A stretch of DNA of 40,273 nucleotides from Gemmatimonadota bacterium (GCA_039591655.1 JBDHDE010000024.1:1-40273), one strand, 5' to 3'; counted from the first letter of the stretch, positions 18,301-27,702 are shown. Program-made: numbers and translations. Notes: a model not told the origin generated them from the sequence alone.

Positions 18301-19307
18301 AGCGCGACTTCGCAGCCTTCGGCGGCCGAGCGGTAGATGGCCTCCATGACGCGGTGGAGCAGAATCTGGTCCTCCAGCTCTGGGGCGGGCACCGCCCCGC
18401 GCACCGCGTCGAGGAAGTACGCCCACTCCGCCCGATAGGAAAGGCTGAACGCGGACTCACGCACGCCTTCCCGCGGGGGCGTCACGTTGACCGGGGCACC
18501 GTGCATCTCCTTGAAGACTGCCAGCGGCGGCATGCTGGCAGAACCCCCGTCGCCCAGCACCTCGAGGGCGACCTTTTCCTCGCGGCCAACGTACCGCCAG
18601 GACACATCCACGAATATGGAGTGATGGCGATCGCAGCGGATCAAGGCGCAGGCCGAGTCCTCGACGTCGCCGTTCCCTTCCCGGGCGCTGAACACCGCCG
18701 TGACGCGCTTGGCGCCGGGACACCCCGAGAGCCACAACCCCAGATCGACGAGGGGCAAACCCAGATCGAACATCGCCCCACCGCCCGACTGAGCGCGTCG
18801 CTCACGCCAGCCGGCCACGGGTCCCACCGGTCGGTGGATGTGCCAGCGGGCCCGCAGGGCCCGCAGGGCCCCCAGCTCTCCGCCGGTGAGAAAGCGCCGC
18901 ACCGCTTCCACGTCGCTGCGGAAGCGATGGTTCATGCCCACCATGACGATCCTGTCAGCCCGATCGCGCGCCGCGACGACCCGCTCCACCCCGGCAGTGT
19001 TGAGGGCCAGGGGACGCTCGCACAGCACGTGCATCCCGGCCGACAGAGCCGTTTCGACGTGCACCTCGTGGAGATGGTTCGGCGTGCACACCACGACCGC
19101 ATCGGGCTCGGCGTAGCGCAACAGGTCCTCGATGTCGTCGAAGACATTGGGTATCCCGAACCGGTCCGCGATGGCCTGGGCCTTGGGGAGGTCGGTGTCG
19201 CAAACACCGACCACCTCGGCGTCCTCGGTCCTGTCGAGCGTGACGAGGTGGGCGACCTGCGCGATCGCCCCGGCACCGATCACCCCGATCCGCACGGCGT
19301 CGGTCAT
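18297..19307 (-). CDS. Gfo/Idh/MocA family oxidoreductase
   Basis: IGVIGAGAIA, CTPNHLH, HVLCERP, GGG..FDLG. Confidence 0.9.
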   Translation of the reverse strand: MTDAVRIGVIGAGAIAQVAHLVTLDRTEDAEVVGVCDTDLPKAQAIADRFGIPNVFDDIEDLLRYAEPDAVVVCTPNHLHEVHVETALSAGMHVLCERPLALNTAGVERVVAARDRADRIVMVGMNHRFRSDVEAVRRFLTGGELGALRALRARWHIHRPVGPVAGWRERRAQSGGGAMFDLGLPLVDLGLWLSGCPGAKRVTAVFSAREGNGDVEDSACALIRCDRHHSIFVDVSWRYVGREEKVALEVLGDGGSASMPPLAVFKEMHGAPVNVTPPREGVRESAFSLSYRAEWAYFLDAVRGAVPAPELEDQILLHRVMEAIYRSAAEGCEVAL

Positions 19308-19948
19308 GAGCCGCCTCCAGGCGGGATGCGGTAGGTAATGCCCCCGCGGATGGACGCAGTCAGGAGCTCGGTCGTGGCCTCACCGCGGACGTCGGCCGTG
19401 AGCGCCAGCGCCCGCGTGAGCAGAAACTCCAGGCCTGCGGACCCGATGAGCCCCACATCGACCATGTCGAGCGCGCCTTCCACGAAGGTGCCGTTGATGG
19501 CTTCCCCCGCACCGTTGCGGAAATGGATCCCGAGACCCAGTCCCACGTACGGCCGGAACCGCCGCGCCGGCTGGAACAGATAGTGGAAGTCCAGCGTCGC
19601 CCCGAAGTCCGCCCACGTGATGCTGCCCAGATCGATCGTCACGTCGAGGGTGTCGGGCAGGATGCTCTCGAGCTGGCGCTCGAACTCCGCGATCTCCTCG
19701 TCGCGGAAGCTGCGCTTGAAGTACGAGGCACTGACCAACACCCGCACCTTCGGCGCGAACTGACCGAAGTCGACGCGCACGGCTCCTACCGGTCCCGTGG
19801 TGAGTCGATTGGAGAACACGGGACCGACCTCGACGCCGATGCCGGAGAACCGCAATCCCTCGTAGCTGAACTGTTCCCAAAAGCTCTGCGCCAACAGCGG
19901 ACCCGGCGCGAAGAGCAACACCAACCCCAGTCTAATACCAGCGCTCAA
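19304..19948 (-). CDS. Outer-membrane beta-barrel protein (OmpA/OmpW-like)
   Basis: Signal peptide (LLA-Q), amphipathic strands, RPYVGLGLG, terminal GGITY; TTG start is a best guess. Confidence 0.65.
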   Translation of the reverse strand: MSAGIRLGLVLLFAPGPLLAQSFWEQFSYEGLRFSGIGVEVGPVFSNRLTTGPVGAVRVDFGQFAPKVRVLVSASYFKRSFRDEEIAEFERQLESILPDTLDVTIDLGSITWADFGATLDFHYLFQPARRFRPYVGLGLGIHFRNGAGEAINGTFVEGALDMVDVGLIGSAGLEFLLTRALALTADVRGEATTELLTASIRGGITYRIPPGGGS

Positions 19949-21173
19949 GTTTCGTACCCGGGAAATAGGTGGAGAGAATGGTGCGGGCGTCCTGCCCCGC
20001 GCGGGCTCGGCCGACCGCACCCCACTGGCACATGCCGACGCCATGGCCCCATCCGGCCCCGGCAGCCCTCACCCGCCGGACCCGCTCTCCCTGCTTGTCC
20101 ACGTCGAGCTGGAAGGCGGTACTGCCGAGGGAGCGACCGTCGGGCCTGGTGAACACGGAGCGCAAGTCGGGTCCGAACACCGGCACCTCACCCCGACTCA
20201 CGGTGATCCGAACCTCCATCACCCGTCCGGACGGTCCGGTCCGCTGGACACGCACGTCCCGCAGCTCGTCGATGGCGGCGTCTGCCACCCCAATCACACT
20301 CGGCACGGTCCCGCGTAATATACGTGCCAGCGTTTCGCCGTCCCACTCAACGGACCACCGGAAGTGCGGCGATATGTCGCAGTAGTGGCCGCCGCCGCGG
20401 CGGTCCGACACCGGCTTCAGGTAGGGTAGTTGCCGGCCGAACCGGAACGCCTCTTCAGGCGCGGCCGTCGAGTAGCCGCAGGTCGAGTGATAGAAGGTCG
20501 TGATCGGCTCGCCGCCGTACGTCAGGACGAAACCCGCCGTGCGTCGCACCGCGCTCCAGCCCTGATCGCTCTCGACGGCCACTCCGCCGTAGGCCTGGTC
20601 CGCCACCGTGCCGCGCAGATCGTAGCCCTCGGAGGCATACTTGCCACGGTTCTTCAGCGCGTACGTTCGCGCGACGATCGCCTGTGCCTCCAGCGCCGCC
20701 TGCTCGTTTTGCGCCCGCCGGCCCATTTCCGCATTCACGACGCCGGCGACGTACGCCTCGAGAGGCACCTCGTTGACGACCATGAGCCTGCCGCCCGCCG
20801 AGTATGCCTCGACGACCCCCCGATAGGACTTGCCATCGACCTCGACGAAGCCGGACCGGTCCAGGCTCACGAAGGTGAGGCGCTCGTAGCGCCCCGTTTC
20901 GGCCCCGCTCACGCTCACCGCGTGACCGTCGGGGATCACCCGAACCTCCTGACCGCGGGACAGGCGGAACTGCACGGAGCCCCCGGCCACCCCGCCGACC
21001 GTGCCGGTGCCGCCGACGCGGACCTCCGAGCCGCGCGCCACGAGCCCGATCCGGAGATCGGGCTCCGCTCCGTCGGGCGTCCTCCTCCCCGACGGCTTCG
21101 CGCAGGTCGCGAGGCCGACGATCGCGCCGCCGGCAGACAGCAGCGCGAGGCCGCGGAGCAGTCTAGGCCTCAC
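19932..21173 (-). CDS. SpoIID/LytB domain lipoprotein (lytic transglycosylase)
   Basis: Lipobox LATC; YRG, VN.V.LE.YV.GVV..E, AQAIVARTYA, DQ.Y.G, GWGHGVGMCQWGA. Confidence 0.92.
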   Translation of the reverse strand: MRPRLLRGLALLSAGGAIVGLATCAKPSGRRTPDGAEPDLRIGLVARGSEVRVGGTGTVGGVAGGSVQFRLSRGQEVRVIPDGHAVSVSGAETGRYERLTFVSLDRSGFVEVDGKSYRGVVEAYSAGGRLMVVNEVPLEAYVAGVVNAEMGRRAQNEQAALEAQAIVARTYALKNRGKYASEGYDLRGTVADQAYGGVAVESDQGWSAVRRTAGFVLTYGGEPITTFYHSTCGYSTAAPEEAFRFGRQLPYLKPVSDRRGGGHYCDISPHFRWSVEWDGETLARILRGTVPSVIGVADAAIDELRDVRVQRTGPSGRVMEVRITVSRGEVPVFGPDLRSVFTRPDGRSLGSTAFQLDVDKQGERVRRVRAAGAGWGHGVGMCQWGAVGRARAGQDARTILSTYFPGTKLERWY

Positions 21174-22500
21174 GCGCCGGCGCTTCAGGCACGCTCGTCG
21201 CGCGGAAGTCGTAGTCGACATTGTCCTCGAGCCTCACGGGGACGAAATCCCCGGGCTTCGCCCAGCCGCCTCGGGCCAGGAGGGTCACGCCGTCAACGTC
21301 GTCGGCCTGCCATGGTACCCGCCCCACGTGGGTCGCACCGCCGTCGTCCGGATCCGCGAGGCGGTCCACCAACAGCTCGGTCTCCCGGCCCACATAGCGC
21401 CCCAGCCGGTCCTGCGAGATGGCCCGCTGCAGCTCGAGCAGCTCCTCCTGGCGCGCCCGTTTCACCTCGTCGGGCACGTCGTCCGCATAGCCAGCGGCGC
21501 GGGTGCCCTCCTGCGCCGAGTAGGTAAACACGCCGAGCCGTTCGAACTCCATCTCCTCGGCGAAGTCACACAGAATCCGGAAGTCGTCGTCCGTCTCCCC
21601 CGGGAATCCCACGATGGTGGTGGTGCGGATCGTGATGTCGGGAATCGTCGAGCGGAGCCGCGCCACCGTCTCCCCGATGGTATCCCGGCGCTCGGGGCGG
21701 CGCATCCGTTCGAGCACCCGATCCGAGGCGTGCTGGATCGGGATATCGAGGTACGGCACGATCCTGGGCTCGCGGGCCATCAGTTCCAGGACGCGATCGG
21801 TGAGCCCGGCCGAGTAGACGTAGAGCAGTCTGAGCCACGGCACCGCCGTCTCCCGCAACAGCGCATCCAGGAGATCGGCGAGCTTGGGGCCGTCCCTTCC
21901 CAGGTCCCGCCCGTAGTGCCCCAGATCCTGTGCCACGAGGTTGATCTCCCTGGCGCCGGTCTCCTCGAGCTGCTGTGCCTCCAATACCAGCCGCTCCAGC
22001 GGTTCGGAGCGATGCTTGCCGCGCATCAGTGGGATGGCGCAGAACGCGCATCCGTGGTCGCAGCCCTCGGAGATCTTGAGGTAGCGCACGTGCGGCTGGT
22101 CGCCCAGGTACTGGCGTACCCCGGGGTGCGCCGCTACCGGGTCCGCAATCAGCCCCCGCTCCGCCAGGGCCGGTACGAGTGTGTGGAGGTCGTGGAACCC
22201 CAGGAGCAGATCCACCTCGGGCATCTCCTGCCTCAGCTCGTCCTGGTACCGCTGCACCAGACAGCCCACCGCCACCACCGCCTTCACGCTCCCCGATTCC
22301 TTCAGGGCCGCTGCGTGCAGTATGGCCTCAATGGACTCGCGCTTGGCGGCGTCGATAAACCCGCAGGTGTTGACGAGCACCACCTCGGCCTGCTCGGGAT
22401 GGCGGACGATCTGCGCGCCGTGCCCCACCAACTCGCCCACCAGCCGCTCCGAATCCACGGTGGCCTTGTCACAGCCGAGAGAGATCACGCCGAGCTTCAT
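21163..22500 (-). CDS. rimO: Ribosomal protein S12 methylthiotransferase
   Basis: SLGC.K..VDSE, NTCGFI..AK.ES, GCL.QRY, YLKISEGCDHGCAFC, TRAM with DVDG. Confidence 0.95.
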   Translation of the reverse strand: MKLGVISLGCDKATVDSERLVGELVGHGAQIVRHPEQAEVVLVNTCGFIDAAKRESIEAILHAAALKESGSVKAVVAVGCLVQRYQDELRQEMPEVDLLLGFHDLHTLVPALAERGLIADPVAAHPGVRQYLGDQPHVRYLKISEGCDHGCAFCAIPLMRGKHRSEPLERLVLEAQQLEETGAREINLVAQDLGHYGRDLGRDGPKLADLLDALLRETAVPWLRLLYVYSAGLTDRVLELMAREPRIVPYLDIPIQHASDRVLERMRRPERRDTIGETVARLRSTIPDITIRTTTIVGFPGETDDDFRILCDFAEEMEFERLGVFTYSAQEGTRAAGYADDVPDEVKRARQEELLELQRAISQDRLGRYVGRETELLVDRLADPDDGGATHVGRVPWQADDVDGVTLLARGGWAKPGDFVPVRLEDNVDYDFRATSVPEAPAREA

Positions 22501-22507
22501 GGGGAGG

Positions 22508-22513
22508 AAGCTA
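22508..22513 (-). promoter_or_regulatory. -10 element of a probable leaderless rimO transcript
   Basis: TAGCTT-N7-ATG with no Shine-Dalgarno. Confidence 0.45.
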
Positions 22514-22596
22514 CTAGCGAGGAGGCAAACGGGAAGCGGTCAGGGCCAGGATGAGGGGAGGCACCGGGGCCAACGTCACGTGGACGAAGCGAGTGG

Positions 22597-22735
22597 GAGA
22601 GGGGCTCACCAGAGCGAACGTCAGAAGGCCGCATTGCGAGGCTGAGGTGACTTCAGAGGCGTGGGCAACGCTGAGTTGTGCCGAGGGACGACTACAGCCG
22701 GGGCGTTCTGCAGGGCGCGGCGGTGAGCCCCTCTC
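22597..22735. ncRNA. Candidate structured RNA or MITE-like element
   Basis: Perfect 14-bp terminal inverted repeat GAGAGGGGCTCACC/GGTGAGCCCCTCTC enclosing nested complementary segments. Confidence 0.4.
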
Positions 22736-22758
22736 ACGAGCGCCGAGTCGCGGAGGCT

Positions 22759-23616
22759 CTACGAAAGGAAGCTCTCCAGGGCCCGGGCCCGGCTCACGTG
22801 GCGCAGCCGCGCCAGTGCCTTCTCCTTGATCTGGCGCACGCGCTCCCGGGTGATCCCCATCATGCTCCCGATCTCCTCGAGCGTCATGGGCTCCTGGCCG
22901 TCCAGCCCGAAGTAGAGGCGCAGGATCTTGGCCTCCCGCTCCTTGAGCGTGCTCAGGACCTCCTCGATGGAGTCGGTCAGCGCCCGCTCGAACGTCTCCT
23001 GATCGGGACCTGCGTTCTGGGTGTCGGGGAGATAGTCGAGGAGCTTGTTGTCTTCACCGGGGGTGAGGGGAGCGTCGAGGGAGAGGTGGCTCTGGGAGAT
23101 CGATAGAGTCTTGGCCACCTCTTCCTCGGAGATGTCCATGCCCTCGGCGATCTCCTCCACCGTCGGCTCCCGCCCCAACTCCTGCTGCAGCGCGGAGGAG
23201 CGCTTGCCGATCCGATGCAACGTCCCAGCCCGGTTGAGCGGCACCCGGACTATGCGGCTCTGCTCGGCCAGGGCCTGGAGGATGGCCTGCCGGATCCACC
23301 ACACCGCGTAGGAGATGAACTTGATGCCCTTGGTCTCGTCGAACTTGTGCGCCGCGCGGATCAGCCCGAGGTTCCCCTCGTTGATGAGGTCACTGAGGCT
23401 CACCCCCTGGTTCTGATACTTCTTCGCGACGGAAACAACGAAGCGGAGATTACTGCGGACCAGCTTGTCGAGTGACTCTTCGTCGCCGGTCCTGATCCTC
23501 TTGGCGAGGGAGACTTCCTCTTCCCGCGTGATGAGCGGGTACTGACTGATCTCCCGGAGGTACTGATCCAGGGAGCCTTCGTCGACCGAGGTCTTCCGGG
23601 CAGTGCTGAGTCGCAT
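22759..23616 (-). CDS. RpoD/SigA-family sigma factor, short form (regions 1.2-4)
   Basis: SLDQYLREI, NLRFVVSVAKKY, DLINEGN.GL, KFISYAVWWIRQ, TRERVRQI; GGAGG RBS. Confidence 0.93.
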   Translation of the reverse strand: MRLSTARKTSVDEGSLDQYLREISQYPLITREEEVSLAKRIRTGDEESLDKLVRSNLRFVVSVAKKYQNQGVSLSDLINEGNLGLIRAAHKFDETKGIKFISYAVWWIRQAILQALAEQSRIVRVPLNRAGTLHRIGKRSSALQQELGREPTVEEIAEGMDISEEEVAKTLSISQSHLSLDAPLTPGEDNKLLDYLPDTQNAGPDQETFERALTDSIEEVLSTLKEREAKILRLYFGLDGQEPMTLEEIGSMMGITRERVRQIKEKALARLRHVSRARALESFLS

Positions 23617-23879
23617 GCGTGCAGTTCCTCCGCTGAATCCTAGTAGGAGCCTGCGTGATACGACAACGGGCGGGCGCACCTGCCCGGGCCCGTGGAATGA
23701 TGAGTCCGGTCAACGCAACGCGTCGTGATCACAGAGGGGATACAAGAGATGCCCACCGGCGGATACAGCCGATCGACCGACGTTGACACGCGCGAACTGC
23801 AAGCGGCGGCAAATCTGGATGCCGCCGGCCCAGAAAGGTACTGCAGCGTGGTGGTCCCCCCAAAACGCGCTCTTGAAGC

Positions 23880-24131
23880 TTAGTAGGGTCTGGGAAGCGG
23901 CGCAACCGTTATGGACCATCCCCGGCCCGCCGCCCAGGGTCGGAGCGCGGCCAGCAGCTCGGCCTGATCACAGTGATGCTCGAGGGTCGCCGTGGCGCAC
24001 GCCGCCCGTTCCCCCCACGCGAACTCCGCCCGCACCACCGTTGCAGCCGGAAGGTCATGCAACGCCGCCAGGTCGAGCGCCGCGCCACCGGCGCTGAGGA
24101 TGACGGCTACGGAAGACTGCTTGATCGCCAC
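23880..24131 (-). CDS. Small hypothetical protein
   Basis: 83-aa alpha/beta-patterned ORF with TACCCT-N6-GTG upstream. Confidence 0.5.
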   Translation of the reverse strand: MAIKQSSVAVILSAGGAALDLAALHDLPAATVVRAEFAWGERAACATATLEHHCDQAELLAALRPWAAGRGWSITVAPLPRPY

Positions 24132-24206
24132 GCTCGGAGGGTACGGCGGGGCCAACCATCCCGCCAACGAATGTGGCGCGGCGGGGGGCGCATTGTTGCG
24201 AAGGAC

Positions 24207-24286
24207 GGGGAAAGGGGGAGGGGGGAAGGGGGAACCAGGAGGGGGGAGCCTCTGCCCTTCCCTCTTCCCCCCCTTCCCCCTTCCCC
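24207..24286. repeat. Polypurine/polypyrimidine imperfect inverted repeat
   Basis: G4-6 runs separated by A1-3 (24207-24246), then C3-7 runs separated by T (24255-24286), just after the response-regulator stop. Confidence 0.7.
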
Positions 24287-24287
24287 A

Positions 24288-25643
24288 TCAGTCCCGCGCC
24301 AGCCCGTACCTCTCGATCTTCTTGTAGAGGTTGCTGCGCGGCATGTCGAGCTGGCGGGCCGTCTCGCTCACGTTCCAACCGTTCTCCTGGAGCTTCGCCT
24401 CGAGGAACGCGCGCTCGGCCGCCTGCTTGAACTCGTCGAACGTCTCGCAGTGGATCAAGTGCCCAACCGTGGCCTCCCCGGCGGCACCAGAGAAGCGATC
24501 CACGTCGGTGGCCGTCACCGTGTCGCCTGCAGTGAGGATGAGGAGCCGCTCTACGGCATTGCGCAGCTCCCGCACGTTGCCGGGCCAATCCCGGGTCTCC
24601 AGGGCACGCATGGCCTCGTCGGCAAACGGCTTGGGCTTGACCCCACTGTCCCTCACGAGATCCGCGGCGAACTTGGCGACCAGCAGCTTCACGTCCTCGC
24701 GGTGTTCCCGCAGCGGTGGGACCTCGATGGGCACCACGTTGAGACGGTAGTACAGGTCCTCGCGAAACCGTCCGGCGGCGATCTCCTCCTCGACGTTCTT
24801 GTTGGTGGCCGCGATCACCCGCACATCCACGGAGATCGCCCGCGTGGCCCCGATGCGGGTGACCATGCCCTCCTCGAGCGCCCGCAGGACCTTCGACTGC
24901 GCCGCCGCGCTCATGTCCCCGACCTCGTCGAGGAACAGCGTCCCGCCATCCGCCTGCTCGAACTTGCCCGGGCGATCCGCGAAGGCGCCGGTGAACGAGC
25001 CTTTCATGTGTCCGAAGAGCTCGCTCTCGATGAGCTCACTGGGGATGGCGGCGCAGTTCACCTCGACAAACGGCTGGTCGGTACGGGGCGAGCTCCGATG
25101 AATCGCTCGGGCGACCAGCTCCTTGCCGCTGCCGTTGGGGCCCGTGATGAGCACCCGCGCCCCGGTGGGCGCCACCTTGTCGATTACCGAGTTGAGGTGG
25201 CGGATCGCCGCGCTCTCCCCGACGATGGCATAGCGGTCGCCGAAGGACTCCCTGAGGCGCTGGTTCTCAGATTCGAGGGTGGCGTGCTCCATCGCGTGCC
25301 GCAGGGTGAGCAGGATGCGGTCGGTATCCAGCGGCTTCTCGAGGAAGTCGTAGGCCCCGAGTTGGGTGGCCTCGACCGCCGTCTGGATCGTGCCGTGGCC
25401 CGAGATCATCACCACCTCGGCCTGCCAGTCCTGTTGCCGGATCCGCTGCAACGCCTCGAGCCCGTCCATGCCGGCCATCTTGACGTCGAGCAGCACGAGA
25501 TGGGGACGGAAATCCTGATACTCCTTGAGCGCCGCCGCCCCAGAGTCCACGGCGTGGACCTTGAAGCCCTCGTCCTCCAGGATATTGCGCAGCGCTTCCC
25601 GGATGCCTTTCTCGTCGTCGACGACCAGCACACGCTTCGCCAT
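24288..25643 (-). CDS. Sigma54-dependent response regulator (REC-AAA+-Fis HTH; NtrX/NtrC-like)
   Basis: VVDDE, LLDVKM, GPNGSGKE, ESELFGH.KGSFTGA, LFLDEV, WPGNVREL, HTH. Confidence 0.95.
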   Translation of the reverse strand: MAKRVLVVDDEKGIREALRNILEDEGFKVHAVDSGAAALKEYQDFRPHLVLLDVKMAGMDGLEALQRIRQQDWQAEVVMISGHGTIQTAVEATQLGAYDFLEKPLDTDRILLTLRHAMEHATLESENQRLRESFGDRYAIVGESAAIRHLNSVIDKVAPTGARVLITGPNGSGKELVARAIHRSSPRTDQPFVEVNCAAIPSELIESELFGHMKGSFTGAFADRPGKFEQADGGTLFLDEVGDMSAAAQSKVLRALEEGMVTRIGATRAISVDVRVIAATNKNVEEEIAAGRFREDLYYRLNVVPIEVPPLREHREDVKLLVAKFAADLVRDSGVKPKPFADEAMRALETRDWPGNVRELRNAVERLLILTAGDTVTATDVDRFSGAAGEATVGHLIHCETFDEFKQAAERAFLEAKLQENGWNVSETARQLDMPRSNLYKKIERYGLARD

Positions 25644-26302
25644 CACTCGCCTCGGCGATAGAAGGTGACGCCGTCGGTCCCCACGTGAACCTCCCCCACT
25701 GTGTCGGGAATCGGAATCAGGAACGCCCCGTCGTCGCCTCCGGTAAGCTGGTCAATCAGCCGCGGAATCGCCGACTGCGGGAAGGGGAAGGACGCGATCA
25801 CGAACTCGTCACACGCCCAAGCCACGACTCCGGGCTCCCGCAGCGCCACCGGACCGCCGACGCGCAAAGGCTGACGGGTGTCGAGGATCTGCGCTATGGG
25901 TCCCAGCAGGTCGCGGCTGAATACATCCAGCAGGATCTGTCCCTCGAGCGTGAAGCGCTCGTGGTCCAGCGTGACACGTAGGGAGTCCAGGGCGCGCCGG
26001 GCCACGGGATCGAGGCGGTCTTCGATGAGGGACGCCATCTCGTCCGCGGTCAGACGCACGGTCCGCGAGCCGCCCGCCCGGGCGATCGAACGCTCCTTGC
26101 GCTCGGCGGAAACCAGATCGGTGAGCGATGGGACCCCCACTGCAGGTCTGCTCGCCTCGGCATTGCTGTCGTCCCCGGCCACGACCGAGCGGTACGCCCG
26201 CGCTACCTGTCCGCGGTACTCCCAGGCAACGAAGCCCACGAGCACGAGCACCGTGAGGCACCCGACGGACGCCAAGACGTTCTTGAGGCAGCCGCCCCTC
26301 AT
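25643..26302 (-). CDS. Membrane-anchored hypothetical protein
   Basis: N-terminal TM; start/stop overlaps with both neighbours. Confidence 0.7.
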   Translation of the reverse strand: MRGGCLKNVLASVGCLTVLVLVGFVAWEYRGQVARAYRSVVAGDDSNAEASRPAVGVPSLTDLVSAERKERSIARAGGSRTVRLTADEMASLIEDRLDPVARRALDSLRVTLDHERFTLEGQILLDVFSRDLLGPIAQILDTRQPLRVGGPVALREPGVVAWACDEFVIASFPFPQSAIPRLIDQLTGGDDGAFLIPIPDTVGEVHVGTDGVTFYRRGE

Positions 26303-26859
26303 GCGACGAACTCCACCGCACGCAGCACCGTGTAGCGGGCACCCTCGCGTGACAGAGTGCTCTGCATGAGATCCAGCGAGGTCGCGGTCACCTCTGTCCC
26401 ATAGACCAGCGGCTCGAGAGCGGCGGCGAACCCCTCGAGGTCCGAGCGCTTCGCGTTCCGCTTCACCCGACCCAGGGTGAGGTGAGGGTGGAACGGCCTC
26501 CCCTCGATGGGGAACCCCAGGCCCTCCATCTGCTGCTCCAGCCGGTGCTGCAGCAGCTCCAGCGGCGGCACTCCCTCACACCCTGACCACACCACGCGGG
26601 GTCGCTCCGTGGTCGGGAACGCGCCGAACCCCTCGATGCCCACCGTGAACGGCTTGGTGCCTTCCGCCGCCCGTTCCAACGCCGCGCCGATCTCCGTCTC
26701 GCGCTCGGGCGCGACCTCGCCCAGGAACTTGAGCGTGAGGTGAATGGACTCGGGCGCCACCCAGCGAATCGGATAGGACACCGCGCGCAGGGGCTGGGTC
26801 GCCTCCCAGAGACCCTGTCGGACTTCCTCGGGGAGGTTGATCGCCACGAAGAGTCGCAT
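26299..26859 (-). CDS. thpR: RNA 2',3'-cyclic phosphodiesterase (2H family)
   Basis: MRLFVA, HLTLKFLG, G.FP...PRVVW, PHLTLGR. Confidence 0.94.
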   Translation of the reverse strand: MRLFVAINLPEEVRQGLWEATQPLRAVSYPIRWVAPESIHLTLKFLGEVAPERETEIGAALERAAEGTKPFTVGIEGFGAFPTTERPRVVWSGCEGVPPLELLQHRLEQQMEGLGFPIEGRPFHPHLTLGRVKRNAKRSDLEGFAAALEPLVYGTEVTATSLDLMQSTLSREGARYTVLRAVEFVA

Positions 26860-26863
26860 GGCG

Positions 26864-27691
26864 TCAGACCCGTTCGGCGAGGAGCTCGGTTTGCGGCTCG
26901 CCGGCGAGCAGGAAGCTGCCGCGCCGATAACCCCGGAGGTCCAGGGTCACCCGCATGAACCCCAAGGCCAGGAGCTCCCGGGTGACAACGTCACGATGCT
27001 GCCGCACCCGGGGAAGTTCCGACGCGGAAACCTCGATGCGCGCCTCCTCGCCGTGGTGCCGCACCCGGAGATCTCCCGTGACACCGATCGCCCGCAGGCA
27101 GGCTTCGCCCTCCTCCACCTGGCGCAGCCGGCCCGGCGTGACCGAGAGCCCGTACATGACGCGGCTCGAGAGGCACGGGGCGGCTGGCGCATCCCACACT
27201 GGGATGTCCAGCGCCCGCGCTTCATGTCGCACGTCCTCCTTGGTGTACCCGGCCTCGGCCAGCGGAGAGCGGACGTCTAGCTCGGCCGCCGCCTTCATAC
27301 CCGGACGGTGATCCACCAGGTCGTCGGCGTTCGTGCCGTCTGCCACTACCGCCAGTCCCCGCTCCCGGGCCAGTCGCGCCAGCTTGGTCCACAACTCACG
27401 CTTGCAGAAGTAGCAGCGGTCGGGATCGTTGGCGACGTAGTCGGGGTCGCTCAGCTCGTCGGTGGAGATCTCCACGAGGTCCAGGTCGAACCGTCGCGCC
27501 ACGTCGATCGCCTGCCGGTACTGGACCGCCGGATAGGAGGCGCTCACCCCCATCGCCGCCACGGCGCGGTCGCGCCCCAGCACCTGCCGGGACACGACGG
27601 CGAGCAACGCGGAGTCCACACCACCCGAGTACCCGACCAGCAGCGACGGGTAGTCGGCGAGCAGTCCTGCGAGCTTCGATGCGGCCGGCAT
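26864..27691 (-). CDS. larE: LarE-family ATP-dependent sulfur transferase
   Basis: PP-loop SGGVDS, RCYFCK, DGTNADD..DHRPG, PCLSSR, RVRHHG. Confidence 0.9.
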   Translation of the reverse strand: MPAASKLAGLLADYPSLLVGYSGGVDSALLAVVSRQVLGRDRAVAAMGVSASYPAVQYRQAIDVARRFDLDLVEISTDELSDPDYVANDPDRCYFCKRELWTKLARLARERGLAVVADGTNADDLVDHRPGMKAAAELDVRSPLAEAGYTKEDVRHEARALDIPVWDAPAAPCLSSRVMYGLSVTPGRLRQVEEGEACLRAIGVTGDLRVRHHGEEARIEVSASELPRVRQHRDVVTRELLALGFMRVTLDLRGYRRGSFLLAGEPQTELLAERV

Positions 27692-27696
27692 GCGCG

Positions 27697-27702
27697 AATG
27701 TA
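27697..27702 (-). promoter_or_regulatory. -10 element of a probable leaderless larE transcript
   Basis: TACATT-N5-ATG with no Shine-Dalgarno. Confidence 0.45.

Noticed and set aside
23805..23826. Possible sigma54 -24/-12 promoter upstream of the RpoD-type gene (GGCATCCAGATTTGC, minus strand)
   Set aside because: GG-to-GC spacing is 11, not the required 10; it is better explained as a small hairpin
24985..25010. GSFTGA instead of GAFTGA in the sigma54 activator
   Set aside because: Known natural variant of the motif; not evidence of novelty
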